Assembly: GCA_964389675.1 (NCBI GenBank)
Contig: CAYMEV010000019.1
Coordinates: forward strand, 59,383 to 79,382
Direction of reading: 5' to 3'
Source: an uncultured Candidatus Sumerlaeota bacterium
GTDB lineage: Bacteria; CAYMEV01
Length of the DNA: 20,000 nt
The notes under the pieces are model-generated. The model was not told where the DNA came from, did no database searches, and worked only from the letters and a program-made list of their open reading frames with translations. The position numbers were made by a program, and so were the translations under genes. This document shows positions 7,543 through 16,854 of the stretch, piece after piece; the stretch's first letter is position 1, and each line of letters opens with the position of its first letter.

Positions 7543-10500
7543 TTCACCTCCACTGAATCAAATTTGCAGACTTCATAGCACATGCCGCATTTAATGCATT
7601 TATCCTGATCAATTTTCAGCTTCTTTTCTTCCGGTTCTGAAATTGCCCCTGTCGGACAGACTTTTACACATAATTTGCAGTAAACGCATTTCTCAGTATT
7701 TATACTGTATTTTATGAGATCCTTGCAGACTCCGGCTCTGCACCTCTTCTCCCTTATATGCTCCTCGTATTCATCCCTGAAATACCTGATGGTGCTAAGT
7801 ACGGGATTCGGCGCTGATCCCCCGAGCTGGCACAGGCTGGCAGCCTGGATTGTCTCTGCTGTCTCTTCAAGAAACTCTATATCCCCTTCCCGGCCTTCAC
7901 CATTGCATATCCTTTTCAATGTATTGCTTAAGGCAAATAAGCCTTCCCTGCATGGCGTACATTTTCCGCATGATTCATCAACCAGGAAATCAATGAAATA
8001 ACGGGCGACATCTACCATACATGTCTTATCATCCATGACAACCATGCCTCCGGAACCCATCATGGAACCGGCATCGGTCAGGCTGTCGAAATCTACCTTC
8101 ATATCAAGCATATCAGCAGGGATACATCCGCCTGAAGGGCCTCCTGTCTGAACAGCCTTGAACTGCCTTCCCTCAGGGATACCCCCTCCTATATCGTATA
8201 TTATCTCACGCAGGGTTATACCCATAGGCACCTCGACAAGGCCTATATTGTTAACATTTCCAACCAGTGAAAAGACCTTTGTTCCTGATGAGCCTCCCCA
8301 TGGATTTTCTGAAACATCACCTGAACCGATAGATGCAAACCATTCAGCACCCCTGTCCATTATTACCGGGATATTTGCCCAGGTCTCGACATTGTTGAGG
8401 ACTGTGGGTTTATCCCTGTATCCGTATTCTACATTATGCACATATTTTGCCCTGGGCTCGCCTGCCCTGCCTGCCATGGATGCCATCAGGGCTGAAGATT
8501 CACCACAGACGAAAGCTCCTGCACCGCGGTGTATTGATATCTTAAACGAGAAATCCGTACCAAGTATATTATCACCCAGCAGGCCGTGCTTCTCAGCATC
8601 CAACAGAGCTTTTTCAAGCCTTTCCAGAGCAAGCGGGTATTCTTTCCTTATATAGACATACCCTTCCTTTGCACCGATTGCCTTTGCTCCAATAAGCATG
8701 CCTTCAATGACGGAATGGGGATCTGTCTCGATTATGCTGCGGTCCATAAATGCTCCCGGGTCACCCTCGTCCGCATTGCAGACCAGGTAAGGGGTTTCAT
8801 TCTTCTTTTTTACTACCCTGGCGCAGGACTGCCACTTTATACCTGCAGGGAATCCGCCTCCGCCTCTTCCCCTGATACCCGATGCAATTACATCCTTTAT
8901 TATATCATCCGGCTCCTTTGCAAGGGCCTTTTCAATTCCTTTATATCCTCCGCGCGCAATATAGCTCCTTATGTCTTCAGGGTCAACAAGCCCCTTGTTC
9001 CTCAGGGCTATCAGCTGCTGTTTGCTGAAGAAGGAGATATCATCAATTCTGGCGGCTGTCTTTTTTGAGACAGGATCCTTGTGAAGCAGTCTTTCAACAA
9101 CATTTCCGCCTATAAGATGCTTCTCTATTATCTCGTCTATATCCTTTATCCCAACCTTCTGATAAAAGGTACCTTCAGGCTGAACCACAAGGATGGGGCC
9201 TACGGAGCAGAAACCGTTGCACCCGGTTCCCACAACAAGGTAATCATTTTGCAGATTCTTTTCCTTTATTGCTTCATCAAGCTTGTCCTTAAGCCTCATT
9301 CCGCCTGCAGCGACACAACCTGTTCCTGTGCATACCATAAGCATGGATTTAAACTTGCCAAGCCTTATGTTCTCATCAGAGGATATCTTTTCCAGCTCCC
9401 CCTTCTTAACGGGCCAGTATTCAAGATGCTTAATATCTGTTGATGCTGCAGTACCTGAGGGTTCTGATCCTTCGTGTTTCTTTAGTATCTTTTCAACATC
9501 CTTTGCCTGGACATTGCCGATCACCTCTTCACCTATCTTGACAACAGGCGCTATACTGCATGCTCCAAGGCAGCGCACTCCTTCAAGGCTGTATTTTTTG
9601 TCCTTTGTGGTACCGCCCTCCTTTATTCCGAGGACCCTTTCAAAGGAGCTTAGGATATTCATGGCTCCCTTTACATGGCATGCAGTACCCGTACAGACCT
9701 GAATGACAGTATCCCCCTTAGGTTCAAGGCTGAAGGATTTATAAAAGGTTGCTATATGATACAGCTCTGATTTTGCAGTCCTTGTATATTTATTGAGCAG
9801 GTCAATAGCCGTCTTTGATATATGCCTGAACTGGTCCTGTATCTCCTGCATCATCTCGATCACATAATCTTTGTCCGAGTTGTATTTTTTTATAATTGCC
9901 TCAATCTTATCTATATCGGCCCTGTCTTTCTGGACAGGTATCTTTTTCGGCTGAACAAGCTTTGTCACCTTATTTTCTGCAATCCTCCAGGATGGAGTAA
10001 TATCCCTGTTCTTAACGACTACGGCCTTTATCTTCTTATCACGGAATACTGTGCCTATGCCGCCCCTGCCTGCCTGCTTGTTCCTTGCTACTCCCCTGCG
10101 CCAGTCCCAGAATGAAAAATTAAGGACACCCATATATGCATGCTCTGCACCTTTACCTGCAGAAACGACGGCTATATTCTTCATATCCATTTCATCATCA
10201 GCGTACATATAGGTCAGTTCCTCTGAAACAAGGTGGGAATTGACGCTTTCAAGTGGAGCCTTTTCAATCGTAATTCTTTTTTTGACTGCATCTATAACGA
10301 TAATTACATCGCTTTGTGCTTTCCCTACAATACTTAAGGCATCAAAACCGGCAAACTTGAAATAGGGCCCGAAATACCCGCCAACATTACAGTCCATAAT
10401 ACTGTGAGTAAGAGGGGATATTGTAGTAACTATCGTTTTGCCTGATCCGGGGAATGATGTTGTACCACCAAGCGGGCCTGCAGAAAAGCATATCGGGTTG

Positions 10501-10745
10501 CTGCTGTCAGTCCACTTTGTACCCTCCTTGATCTCCCTGAACATCAGCCACAGGTCAAAACCCTTGCCCCCGACCCACAGGTCTTTCATCTGCTGTGTAA
10601 CCGGATGGATTGTTACTTCATTCTTGTCAAGGTCAACCCTGAGCGTGCGGTCTGCATATCCGCGGTTGATTTCAGCTATCTCAAATTGAAATTCACATAG
10701 GATTTCATGTGCCGATCTCAACTTTTCTATATCTTTTTCCAGCAT
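7539..10745 (-). CDS. Fusion: AOR N-terminal domain + NuoE/HydC + thioredoxin-like [2Fe-2S] + NuoF/HydB (FMN/NADH) + 2x[4Fe-4S]
   Basis: aa ~1-245 AFOR_N (GY..RTLRVDL, GGKG, GPLGGT, SPLT, NVGGYFG, GFDA, AGRGGIG.VF..KKIKAVVV). aa ~280-425 NuoE (ATFY, VCTGTACHVKG, CLGACSIAP). Then VCTGTGC..GCNGFCSVGP, NuoF motifs RGRGGGGFP, NADEGDPGAFMDR, GAGAFVCGE, NNVET, GGPSGG, ESCGKCTPCREG, and two CxxCxxCxxxC ferredoxin motifs. AAGGAGG RBS. Confidence 0.93.
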   Translation of the reverse strand: MLEKDIEKLRSAHEILCEFQFEIAEINRGYADRTLRVDLDKNEVTIHPVTQQMKDLWVGGKGFDLWLMFREIKEGTKWTDSSNPICFSAGPLGGTTSFPGSGKTIVTTISPLTHSIMDCNVGGYFGPYFKFAGFDALSIVGKAQSDVIIVIDAVKKRITIEKAPLESVNSHLVSEELTYMYADDEMDMKNIAVVSAGKGAEHAYMGVLNFSFWDWRRGVARNKQAGRGGIGTVFRDKKIKAVVVKNRDITPSWRIAENKVTKLVQPKKIPVQKDRADIDKIEAIIKKYNSDKDYVIEMMQEIQDQFRHISKTAIDLLNKYTRTAKSELYHIATFYKSFSLEPKGDTVIQVCTGTACHVKGAMNILSSFERVLGIKEGGTTKDKKYSLEGVRCLGACSIAPVVKIGEEVIGNVQAKDVEKILKKHEGSEPSGTAASTDIKHLEYWPVKKGELEKISSDENIRLGKFKSMLMVCTGTGCVAAGGMRLKDKLDEAIKEKNLQNDYLVVGTGCNGFCSVGPILVVQPEGTFYQKVGIKDIDEIIEKHLIGGNVVERLLHKDPVSKKTAARIDDISFFSKQQLIALRNKGLVDPEDIRSYIARGGYKGIEKALAKEPDDIIKDVIASGIRGRGGGGFPAGIKWQSCARVVKKKNETPYLVCNADEGDPGAFMDRSIIETDPHSVIEGMLIGAKAIGAKEGYVYIRKEYPLALERLEKALLDAEKHGLLGDNILGTDFSFKISIHRGAGAFVCGESSALMASMAGRAGEPRAKYVHNVEYGYRDKPTVLNNVETWANIPVIMDRGAEWFASIGSGDVSENPWGGSSGTKVFSLVGNVNNIGLVEVPMGITLREIIYDIGGGIPEGRQFKAVQTGGPSGGCIPADMLDMKVDFDSLTDAGSMMGSGGMVVMDDKTCMVDVARYFIDFLVDESCGKCTPCREGLFALSNTLKRICNGEGREGDIEFLEETAETIQAASLCQLGGSAPNPVLSTIRYFRDEYEEHIREKRCRAGVCKDLIKYSINTEKCVYCKLCVKVCPTGAISEPEEKKLKIDQDKCIKCGMCYEVCKFDSVEVK

Positions 10746-10812
10746 TCATAACCTCCTTGCCGACAGATTAATTAATATTATTCATAATACAGATTAATTT
10801 TATTCACACGTG

Positions 10813-10840
10813 ATTCTATTTTAATCGCATAAAAAATCAA
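10813..10840 (-). promoter_or_regulatory. Candidate sigma70 promoter of the AOR operon
   Basis: Minus strand TTGATT, 16-bp spacer, TAGAAT. The direct repeat ACAGATTAATT (10763-10773, 10789-10799) lies between it and the RBS. Confidence 0.4.
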
Positions 10841-10947
10841 TTAAAAAAAGCCCTGGATATTAAAGCCATGTATAAAGAACATATTAAAAAATCAAAACTA
10901 AATCAATTATATTTCGTATGATTTTTTACAATATTTGAGAGGAAGTT

Positions 10948-12663
10948 ATGATAAAGCGTTTTATCAGTTATTATAAACCGCACAAACTGCTGTTTTTTAT
11001 TGATATGGGGGTGGCCTTCCTTGCTTCAGGCCTGGCAATAATGATCCCTGCAATGGTCAGAAAGCTTCTTAGTACCCATATACCCGAAGCCAATATCAGG
11101 ATTATAACATACTATTTTCTGATAATGATCCTGATATACCTTGTTAAGATGGTCTTTGAGTACATAAGAATGAAATGGGGGCATATACTCGGAGTCAGGA
11201 TGGAGTATGACATGAGGGAGGATATCTTCCGTCATATCCAGAAGCTTTCATTTAATTATTTCGATAATACAAAAACAGGACATATAATGTCCAGGATCTC
11301 AAATGACCTGAATACAATCGCAGAGGTTGCCCACCATGCGCCCGAGGATCTGATACTCTCAGTCTTTCTTATAATCGGTTCTTTTATCTTCATGTTCACC
11401 TTCAACCCCATACTTGCCCTTATAGCACTGATACCCCTGCCTTTCATGATGATCTGGGGAGTGAAATACGGAGGCAAGATGAGGCACGGGTTCAGAAGCG
11501 TTCGAAAGAAGATAGCAGATATAAACAGCACTGTTGAGAACTCCGTTCAGGGTATAAGGGAGGTAAAATCATATGCCAATGAGGACCTGGAAATTGAGAA
11601 GTTCGAGAATGTAAATATACATTTCAAGCTTGCCAAGGAGAAGATGTACACACTGATGGGGATCTTCTATTCCGGCTTTCATTTCCTCTCAGACATGTAT
11701 TACCTTACTGTAATTGCAGGGGGTGCATGGCTTTATCTGAAGGGAGAGATAACACCTTCAGACATAGTAGCTTTTATCCTGTATATAAACCTTATCTTAA
11801 ATCCCATACAGCGCCTGATGAATTTTACTGAGCAGTTCCACTCTGGAGCTGCCTCATTTGAAAGGTTTGTTGAAATTATGGATATTGAGCCGGATATAGA
11901 GGACAGGCCAGGTGCTGTTTCCTTCAGCCCCGTAAAAGGCAGGATAGACCTGAAGGATATATGGTACAAGTACAGCTCTTCGCCGGACTGGATACTTAAA
12001 GACCTTTCATTCAGCATTCGCGAGGGTGAATCTGTAGCTATTGTAGGAGAGTCCGGTGCGGGTAAAACCACCATCGTATCATTGATACCAAGGTTCTATG
12101 AACCCCAGAAGGGAAGTATTACAATAGACGGCCATGACATAATGGAATTAAAACAGCATTTCCTGAGGGAAAATATAGGGCTTGTCCAGCAGAATGTATT
12201 TCTCTTTGACGGTACTATCCGTGAAAACATTATGTACGGCAGAGCAGGAGCTACAGAGGAAGACCTCATAGAGGCAGCAAAAGCTGCCAATATCTATGAC
12301 TTTATCATGGAGCTACCTGACACATTTGATACATATGTGGGAGAACGGGGAGTAAAGCTGTCAGGGGGGCAGAAACAGAGGATATCCATTGCCAGGGTGT
12401 TCCTGAAAGACCCTCCCATACTTATATTTGATGAAGCAACATCCTCACTCGACAATACATCTGAAAGCCTCATCCAGGATGCCATGTTCACATTGAGCAG
12501 AAACAGGAGCACCATCATCATCGCCCACAGGCTGTCGACAGTAAAAAATGTCAACAAGATAATCGTACTTCACCAGGGAACCATAGTGGAAGAGGGAAAC
12601 CATGACACTCTCATCAAAAAGGAAGGGTTCTACTACAGGCTCTATACAAAGAACCTTATCTGA
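10948..12663 (+). CDS. ABC exporter half-transporter (fused TMD + NBD)
   Basis: N-terminal TM helices, Walker A GESGAGKT, signature LSGGQKQR, Walker B ILIFDEATSSLD and H-loop IAHRLST. Confidence 0.95.
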   Translation: MIKRFISYYKPHKLLFFIDMGVAFLASGLAIMIPAMVRKLLSTHIPEANIRIITYYFLIMILIYLVKMVFEYIRMKWGHILGVRMEYDMREDIFRHIQKLSFNYFDNTKTGHIMSRISNDLNTIAEVAHHAPEDLILSVFLIIGSFIFMFTFNPILALIALIPLPFMMIWGVKYGGKMRHGFRSVRKKIADINSTVENSVQGIREVKSYANEDLEIEKFENVNIHFKLAKEKMYTLMGIFYSGFHFLSDMYYLTVIAGGAWLYLKGEITPSDIVAFILYINLILNPIQRLMNFTEQFHSGAASFERFVEIMDIEPDIEDRPGAVSFSPVKGRIDLKDIWYKYSSSPDWILKDLSFSIREGESVAIVGESGAGKTTIVSLIPRFYEPQKGSITIDGHDIMELKQHFLRENIGLVQQNVFLFDGTIRENIMYGRAGATEEDLIEAAKAANIYDFIMELPDTFDTYVGERGVKLSGGQKQRISIARVFLKDPPILIFDEATSSLDNTSESLIQDAMFTLSRNRSTIIIAHRLSTVKNVNKIIVLHQGTIVEEGNHDTLIKKEGFYYRLYTKNLI

Positions 12664-12714
12664 AAAAATGCCTCAGGCTTTTTAAGCTATAATCAATGCA
12701 GGATAAACGCTGTC

Positions 12715-13287
12715 CTACTTTTCAAGCCCGAGTTCAACAATCCTCTTTTTCAGCTCTGGATATGCCTTGATAATCTCAGCCCCATCTCCCGATTTATAAT
12801 GTTTCGGGTCAAATCCCGGTGCAACTACCAGGGCAATAAGGCTGAATGCATCTTCAGACCGGTCTGTCGGTATTTCAGCCATCCATGTATTCGGAGGTAC
12901 AATAATTTTTGGAACTTCACCATTTCTGATATCAGGACCCAGTATCCTTTCCTCAAGGTTACCGTCTGGATGAAGAAGTACCATCCTCTGGGATACCCCG
13001 CAGATATAGATAAATATCTCTGTGGAATCTATACTGTGCCAGCCTGCTTTCTCATGCCCTTTAAGCATATGATAAATAACGGAAACAGCATTCCTCTCAT
13101 CTTCCTTTCCTGCATTGAATTCAGAACGGAATGTTTCCCTGAAATGCCCTCCGCAATCAGTCTCCAGCGGCACAAGGCCAAGTATTTCAATAACTTCCTC
13201 TGCTGTTACAGGCTTATCAGGGCCTTCAGAAAAGGAAAAAGATACAGCAAAAATAATAATAATAAAAAATGGAAAGAGCTTTTTCAT
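12715..13287 (-). CDS. Cupin_5 (DUF985-like) protein with N-terminal signal peptide
   Basis: A.EVI..LGL.PL...GGHFRETFRS, S.IYHML, WH.IDSTEIF, LGPDI..GE.P..IVP..TW.A and LVVAPGFD motifs; leader MKKLFPFFIIIIFAVSFSFS; ATGA overlap with the upstream gene and a GGAGG RBS. Confidence 0.88.
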   Translation of the reverse strand: MKKLFPFFIIIIFAVSFSFSEGPDKPVTAEEVIEILGLVPLETDCGGHFRETFRSEFNAGKEDERNAVSVIYHMLKGHEKAGWHSIDSTEIFIYICGVSQRMVLLHPDGNLEERILGPDIRNGEVPKIIVPPNTWMAEIPTDRSEDAFSLIALVVAPGFDPKHYKSGDGAEIIKAYPELKKRIVELGLEK

Positions 13288-15836
13288 TGTTTTCCTCCAA
13301 TAATATTAATTTCTTCGTCAATATCCCTGTCAACGGCAAGAAGCCTTGCAGGCATATCAATACCCTTATTAAAGCCATTTATCACTCCGAGAGAGAGCCT
13401 GAAAAGCTGGCACAATACATCATCAATGATCTCAGCAGGCACACCGTAATAAAGAAAATTTACAGGTGTCAGGTCCCCCAGAAGGAATATATATTTATAG
13501 GGCCTTTCAGCGGATATACCGCTAATACCGGTGGTATCCAGGAAATGCACTGTAATTTTATTCCCCTGTATGGCACCTGTCTGAGAGTCCTTAAACAGCT
13601 CAGAAGAAATGCTGATTTCGGTATTTCCTATCCTGGGGCGGGGATTGTCAAAGAGTGACTGAAGATATTTTGTAAGGTCAGTAAACTCTGATGTCTTTGT
13701 GCTTCCGCTGGCTATAAAAAGATACTGCCTATGGCCATTTACCAGCAGATCTTCAAAAAAATCGCCCTTTAACACTGACCTGCCTGTAACCCCGATAATA
13801 ACATCCGTATTTAAAACCTTATTTTCTGATACTTCCTCAATACATCTGAACTGGTTATCTCCAGGATTCTCAACCTTTATATCAATGCCTGTTACACTTC
13901 CTTCATAGGTTTTCACGCTCAGGCCATTAAAGAGGGCAGAACCAATATTCCCTCTTGAACCAATTATAATTGCATTCCTTTTATAAAATCCCTTACCGAA
14001 GCTGTGCAGTACAGTTTCTACCGCATTTATAATGGATTCAGCACATACCCTGGCTTCACGGTTCTTTGTCTCAGATATGGCTATTGAAAAAACAGGGAAT
14101 GCAAGCCTGCCATGCCTGTTCTCTACTTCTTCAACCTTATCAAATCCGTTCCTTGTATGTTCAATACTGCCGTAAAAAACAGATGACAGCCATTCCTCAA
14201 ACCCTTTTGACTGCTCATCTTTACCGGGTAATTCAGGATAATTGCATTCCTTCAGCACCTCGCCGAGGGTCTTGCCTGAAAGGCAATACTCATTTATCAG
14301 GGGGGAAAGGTATCCGCCATCCTCAATAAGAAGAAGCATCTGATCTTCTTTTTTTGCTTTGAATGCTTCGTCAAAGAACAGGTGAAAACCTGTCATCTGC
14401 ATTGCAGACTTAAAATCCATAATGCTGGACCTGAGCATGCTATCAAGGTATTTCAGCCTGTCTATACTGGAATATTGCCTGGATAGAATATAGTTCCCTT
14501 CTATATAATCCCTTACATCAACCTTCTGAAGTGAATAAAAACGGTAGTTGTCATCAGGCAGTGAGAATAAGGCCTCAAAATATTCATCAGGCACTATTCC
14601 TTTATACTTTATGAAAAGGGTTGTAAGATTTCTGCAGTCAAGCATCTCATAGGATTTTATAAGGCCAAGGATCTGGGATGTAATATGGTGTATAAGCAGG
14701 ATCCTCACATCCTTAAGGCTTTCTTTCCTTGATTTAGCAAGCCTGTAAAGGTTCGGCATCTTCTCGAAGTGCTCTTTGAACCCTGCGGGTCTGCGTTCCC
14801 TGTCAATACTTATATTAAGGCATGATGAATTCCTAGAGACATCAATGTCTATCCAGTGATACCCCTGTATCAGCTGAAATTTCTGTTTCATTGAGATCAG
14901 CTGTATCACCTCCCTGTTCTCAAATAAAAACAGTATCTTCGACAGAATGTCCTTTATCTCCCTGTCCTTATCCAGAAGAAGCAGGTTTATTTCCTCTGAA
15001 AACCAGATAAACTTGATACTGCTCAGGTTCGGCAGGCCTGATGATATAAGGAGGCTGAAAAGCTCCGGGAACCTCCCTGGAGTTTCCTTATACTCCTCAA
15101 GATGGTTTTGTGAAGCATTATGAATACCAAGCAGTATCTGTTCAGCAATTTTATCAATATCATGGAGGTATTGCCTTGTCTCAACCTGGGGAACAGTCCT
15201 GTGGGGTATCCTTTTCAAATAAAGCCTGGAATCCTTTGAGTCCTCGATAGTGATCCTTAAAAACCCCTCTCCCTCAACATATTCTAACAGAAAATAATAC
15301 TCAGCTTCCTTATCCCGGGAAAGGTGAAAGGGAAACATCAGAGCCGGGATCTCTGGAGTTTGGTCTGACCGCTCCTTCTTAAAATATCCGGGAAACAGCA
15401 GGCCACCCCAGCGCGCCCTCTGAAGTGAATCAAAGACTATATGCAGATGATTGTAGAACAGCTCAGGGTGCATCAATATCCTTTTTGAAAGGGACCTCCT
15501 CATATAGAATGATATTGCACTTATGTTCAGCTCATATAATTCCGGCGTCAGCTTCTTATCAACGCTTCTTGACAGGAGCATATCTGTATTCTTCGTCCTG
15601 CAGTATTCAAGTATGTCATTAGCCATGATATGCGTCCATTTTGACAGTCCGGAAAATATATGTATGTTTGCAAGGTTTATAAGTATTAATCCATCTTCCT
15701 GGCTGAGAAAGGGTATCCCCATATTATGCAGCTGTTCTAAAAGCCCTGAAAGGCTCTTTTCTCCCGGACTTTTATCCCCATTTCTCTTTAATTTGCCAAG
15801 CAGTTTGCCGATCGTCTTATCAGATTTATTTCCCAT
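13284..15836 (-). CDS. 850-aa protein: unknown N-terminal ~350 aa plus divergent S-adenosylhomocysteine-hydrolase-like NAD-binding region
   Basis: Colinear AdoHcyase-like motifs LIHHIT, LLIEDGGY, GSIEHTRNG, LAFPVFSIAISETK, IIGSRGNIG, DVIIGVTG, LLGDLTPVNF, GVPAEIID. The ORF is solid; the function is inferred. Confidence 0.65.
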   Translation of the reverse strand: MGNKSDKTIGKLLGKLKRNGDKSPGEKSLSGLLEQLHNMGIPFLSQEDGLILINLANIHIFSGLSKWTHIMANDILEYCRTKNTDMLLSRSVDKKLTPELYELNISAISFYMRRSLSKRILMHPELFYNHLHIVFDSLQRARWGGLLFPGYFKKERSDQTPEIPALMFPFHLSRDKEAEYYFLLEYVEGEGFLRITIEDSKDSRLYLKRIPHRTVPQVETRQYLHDIDKIAEQILLGIHNASQNHLEEYKETPGRFPELFSLLISSGLPNLSSIKFIWFSEEINLLLLDKDREIKDILSKILFLFENREVIQLISMKQKFQLIQGYHWIDIDVSRNSSCLNISIDRERRPAGFKEHFEKMPNLYRLAKSRKESLKDVRILLIHHITSQILGLIKSYEMLDCRNLTTLFIKYKGIVPDEYFEALFSLPDDNYRFYSLQKVDVRDYIEGNYILSRQYSSIDRLKYLDSMLRSSIMDFKSAMQMTGFHLFFDEAFKAKKEDQMLLLIEDGGYLSPLINEYCLSGKTLGEVLKECNYPELPGKDEQSKGFEEWLSSVFYGSIEHTRNGFDKVEEVENRHGRLAFPVFSIAISETKNREARVCAESIINAVETVLHSFGKGFYKRNAIIIGSRGNIGSALFNGLSVKTYEGSVTGIDIKVENPGDNQFRCIEEVSENKVLNTDVIIGVTGRSVLKGDFFEDLLVNGHRQYLFIASGSTKTSEFTDLTKYLQSLFDNPRPRIGNTEISISSELFKDSQTGAIQGNKITVHFLDTTGISGISAERPYKYIFLLGDLTPVNFLYYGVPAEIIDDVLCQLFRLSLGVINGFNKGIDMPARLLAVDRDIDEEINIIGGKQ

Positions 15837-16854
15837 CTCTTTGCTCTCTCATCTTTTTTATGTTCTCCTTCAGCTCTTTGAAGTGTTTTCTCCCGGTTAT
15901 CTTTGAAACCTCGTCTATATTCTCCTTCCTGTTTATAAGTATTTTGAGTTCCTCAACCTCTTTTTTCAAACTCTCCTGCCTTGAATATACCCTTTTTGCC
16001 ATATCCTTAAATATTAATGCAAGCTGTCCTATCTCATCCTTTCTTTCAGATACACTGTCAAGCTCCTGGCTTATCCGGTAATCCCCCCGGGCTATATCCT
16101 CTGCTGATTCAGCAATTGCCACGACAGGGGATGTTATCTTCCTAATAACAAAGCCGGAGGCATACATGCCTGCGGCCATGATAAAGAAACAAAGTATCCC
16201 TATATTATAAAGGTCAAAAACCTCAAAGGCTGCACCAAAATCAAGCCATACCGTTATAAGGCTGACCGCATATGTCAGTATGACAGACGGTATGATAATA
16301 TATGTGACCAGTAGCATATTCCTTGTTGCAATTGTCAGGACAATCTTTTTTGACAATATCAGAAGTACAGGGACCAGAAGTAGTGCAAAGACTGAATTTG
16401 TTATGAAGGCCGGCAATATAAGGGTATATATGGTCTTCATAAACTCAAATCCATAAACCAGGCTGTCAATATAGCTGGAAAGGAATATCGGCCCTGAGCT
16501 TGAAAGGACAATGATAAATATCATGGACTGGTAGTCCTTTATAGTCTTAAATACCCTGTTTCTGAAAAATCCCGGTATCACGCCTATTAATCCATTGCAT
16601 ATGCTCCAGTTCCATGCATAAAGGATATCCAGCCCCTGGAAGGCATAACCAAGCCTGTCCCCTGTAAAACCAACTATAAAACCGGCCAGAGGGCCGTAAA
16701 GAAAGCCGATAAACAGAGGAAGGACGATCTGCGGCCTGAGCTCCACAAAATCAGAACCGGGCAGTATCAGGTATTTTCCTGACAGATAGTTGAAAAATCC
16801 ATAGAAGATCCCGCAGATCAATGATATTAAAATACTTTTTTTAGAAACTTTCAA
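15826..16854 (-). CDS. ECF transporter S-component-like membrane domain fused to HAMP and a C-terminal coiled coil
   Basis: N-terminus ELRPQIVLPLFIGFLYGPLAGFIVGFTGD...WNWSI.NGLIG.IPG (S-component signature), further TM helices, then HAMP (ITSPV..IAESAEDIARGDY...RKDEIGQLA..F..M). TTG start overlaps the minD-like gene. Confidence 0.8.
   Translation of the reverse strand: MKVSKKSILISLICGIFYGFFNYLSGKYLILPGSDFVELRPQIVLPLFIGFLYGPLAGFIVGFTGDRLGYAFQGLDILYAWNWSICNGLIGVIPGFFRNRVFKTIKDYQSMIFIIVLSSSGPIFLSSYIDSLVYGFEFMKTIYTLILPAFITNSVFALLLVPVLLILSKKIVLTIATRNMLLVTYIIIPSVILTYAVSLITVWLDFGAAFEVFDLYNIGILCFFIMAAGMYASGFVIRKITSPVVAIAESAEDIARGDYRISQELDSVSERKDEIGQLALIFKDMAKRVYSRQESLKKEVEELKILINRKENIDEVSKITGRKHFKELKENIKKMREQRDGK

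Noticed and set aside
10763-10810. Rex operator upstream of the NADH-linked AOR operon
   Set aside because: Only half-sites (TGTGAA/TATGAA) match TTGTGAA-N4-TTCACAA; the ACAGATTAATT direct repeat is AT-rich and unassigned.
12663-12684. Bidirectional terminator between the ABC exporter and the cupin
   Set aside because: The GC stem is only 3 bp (GCC-TCA-GGC), too weak to call.
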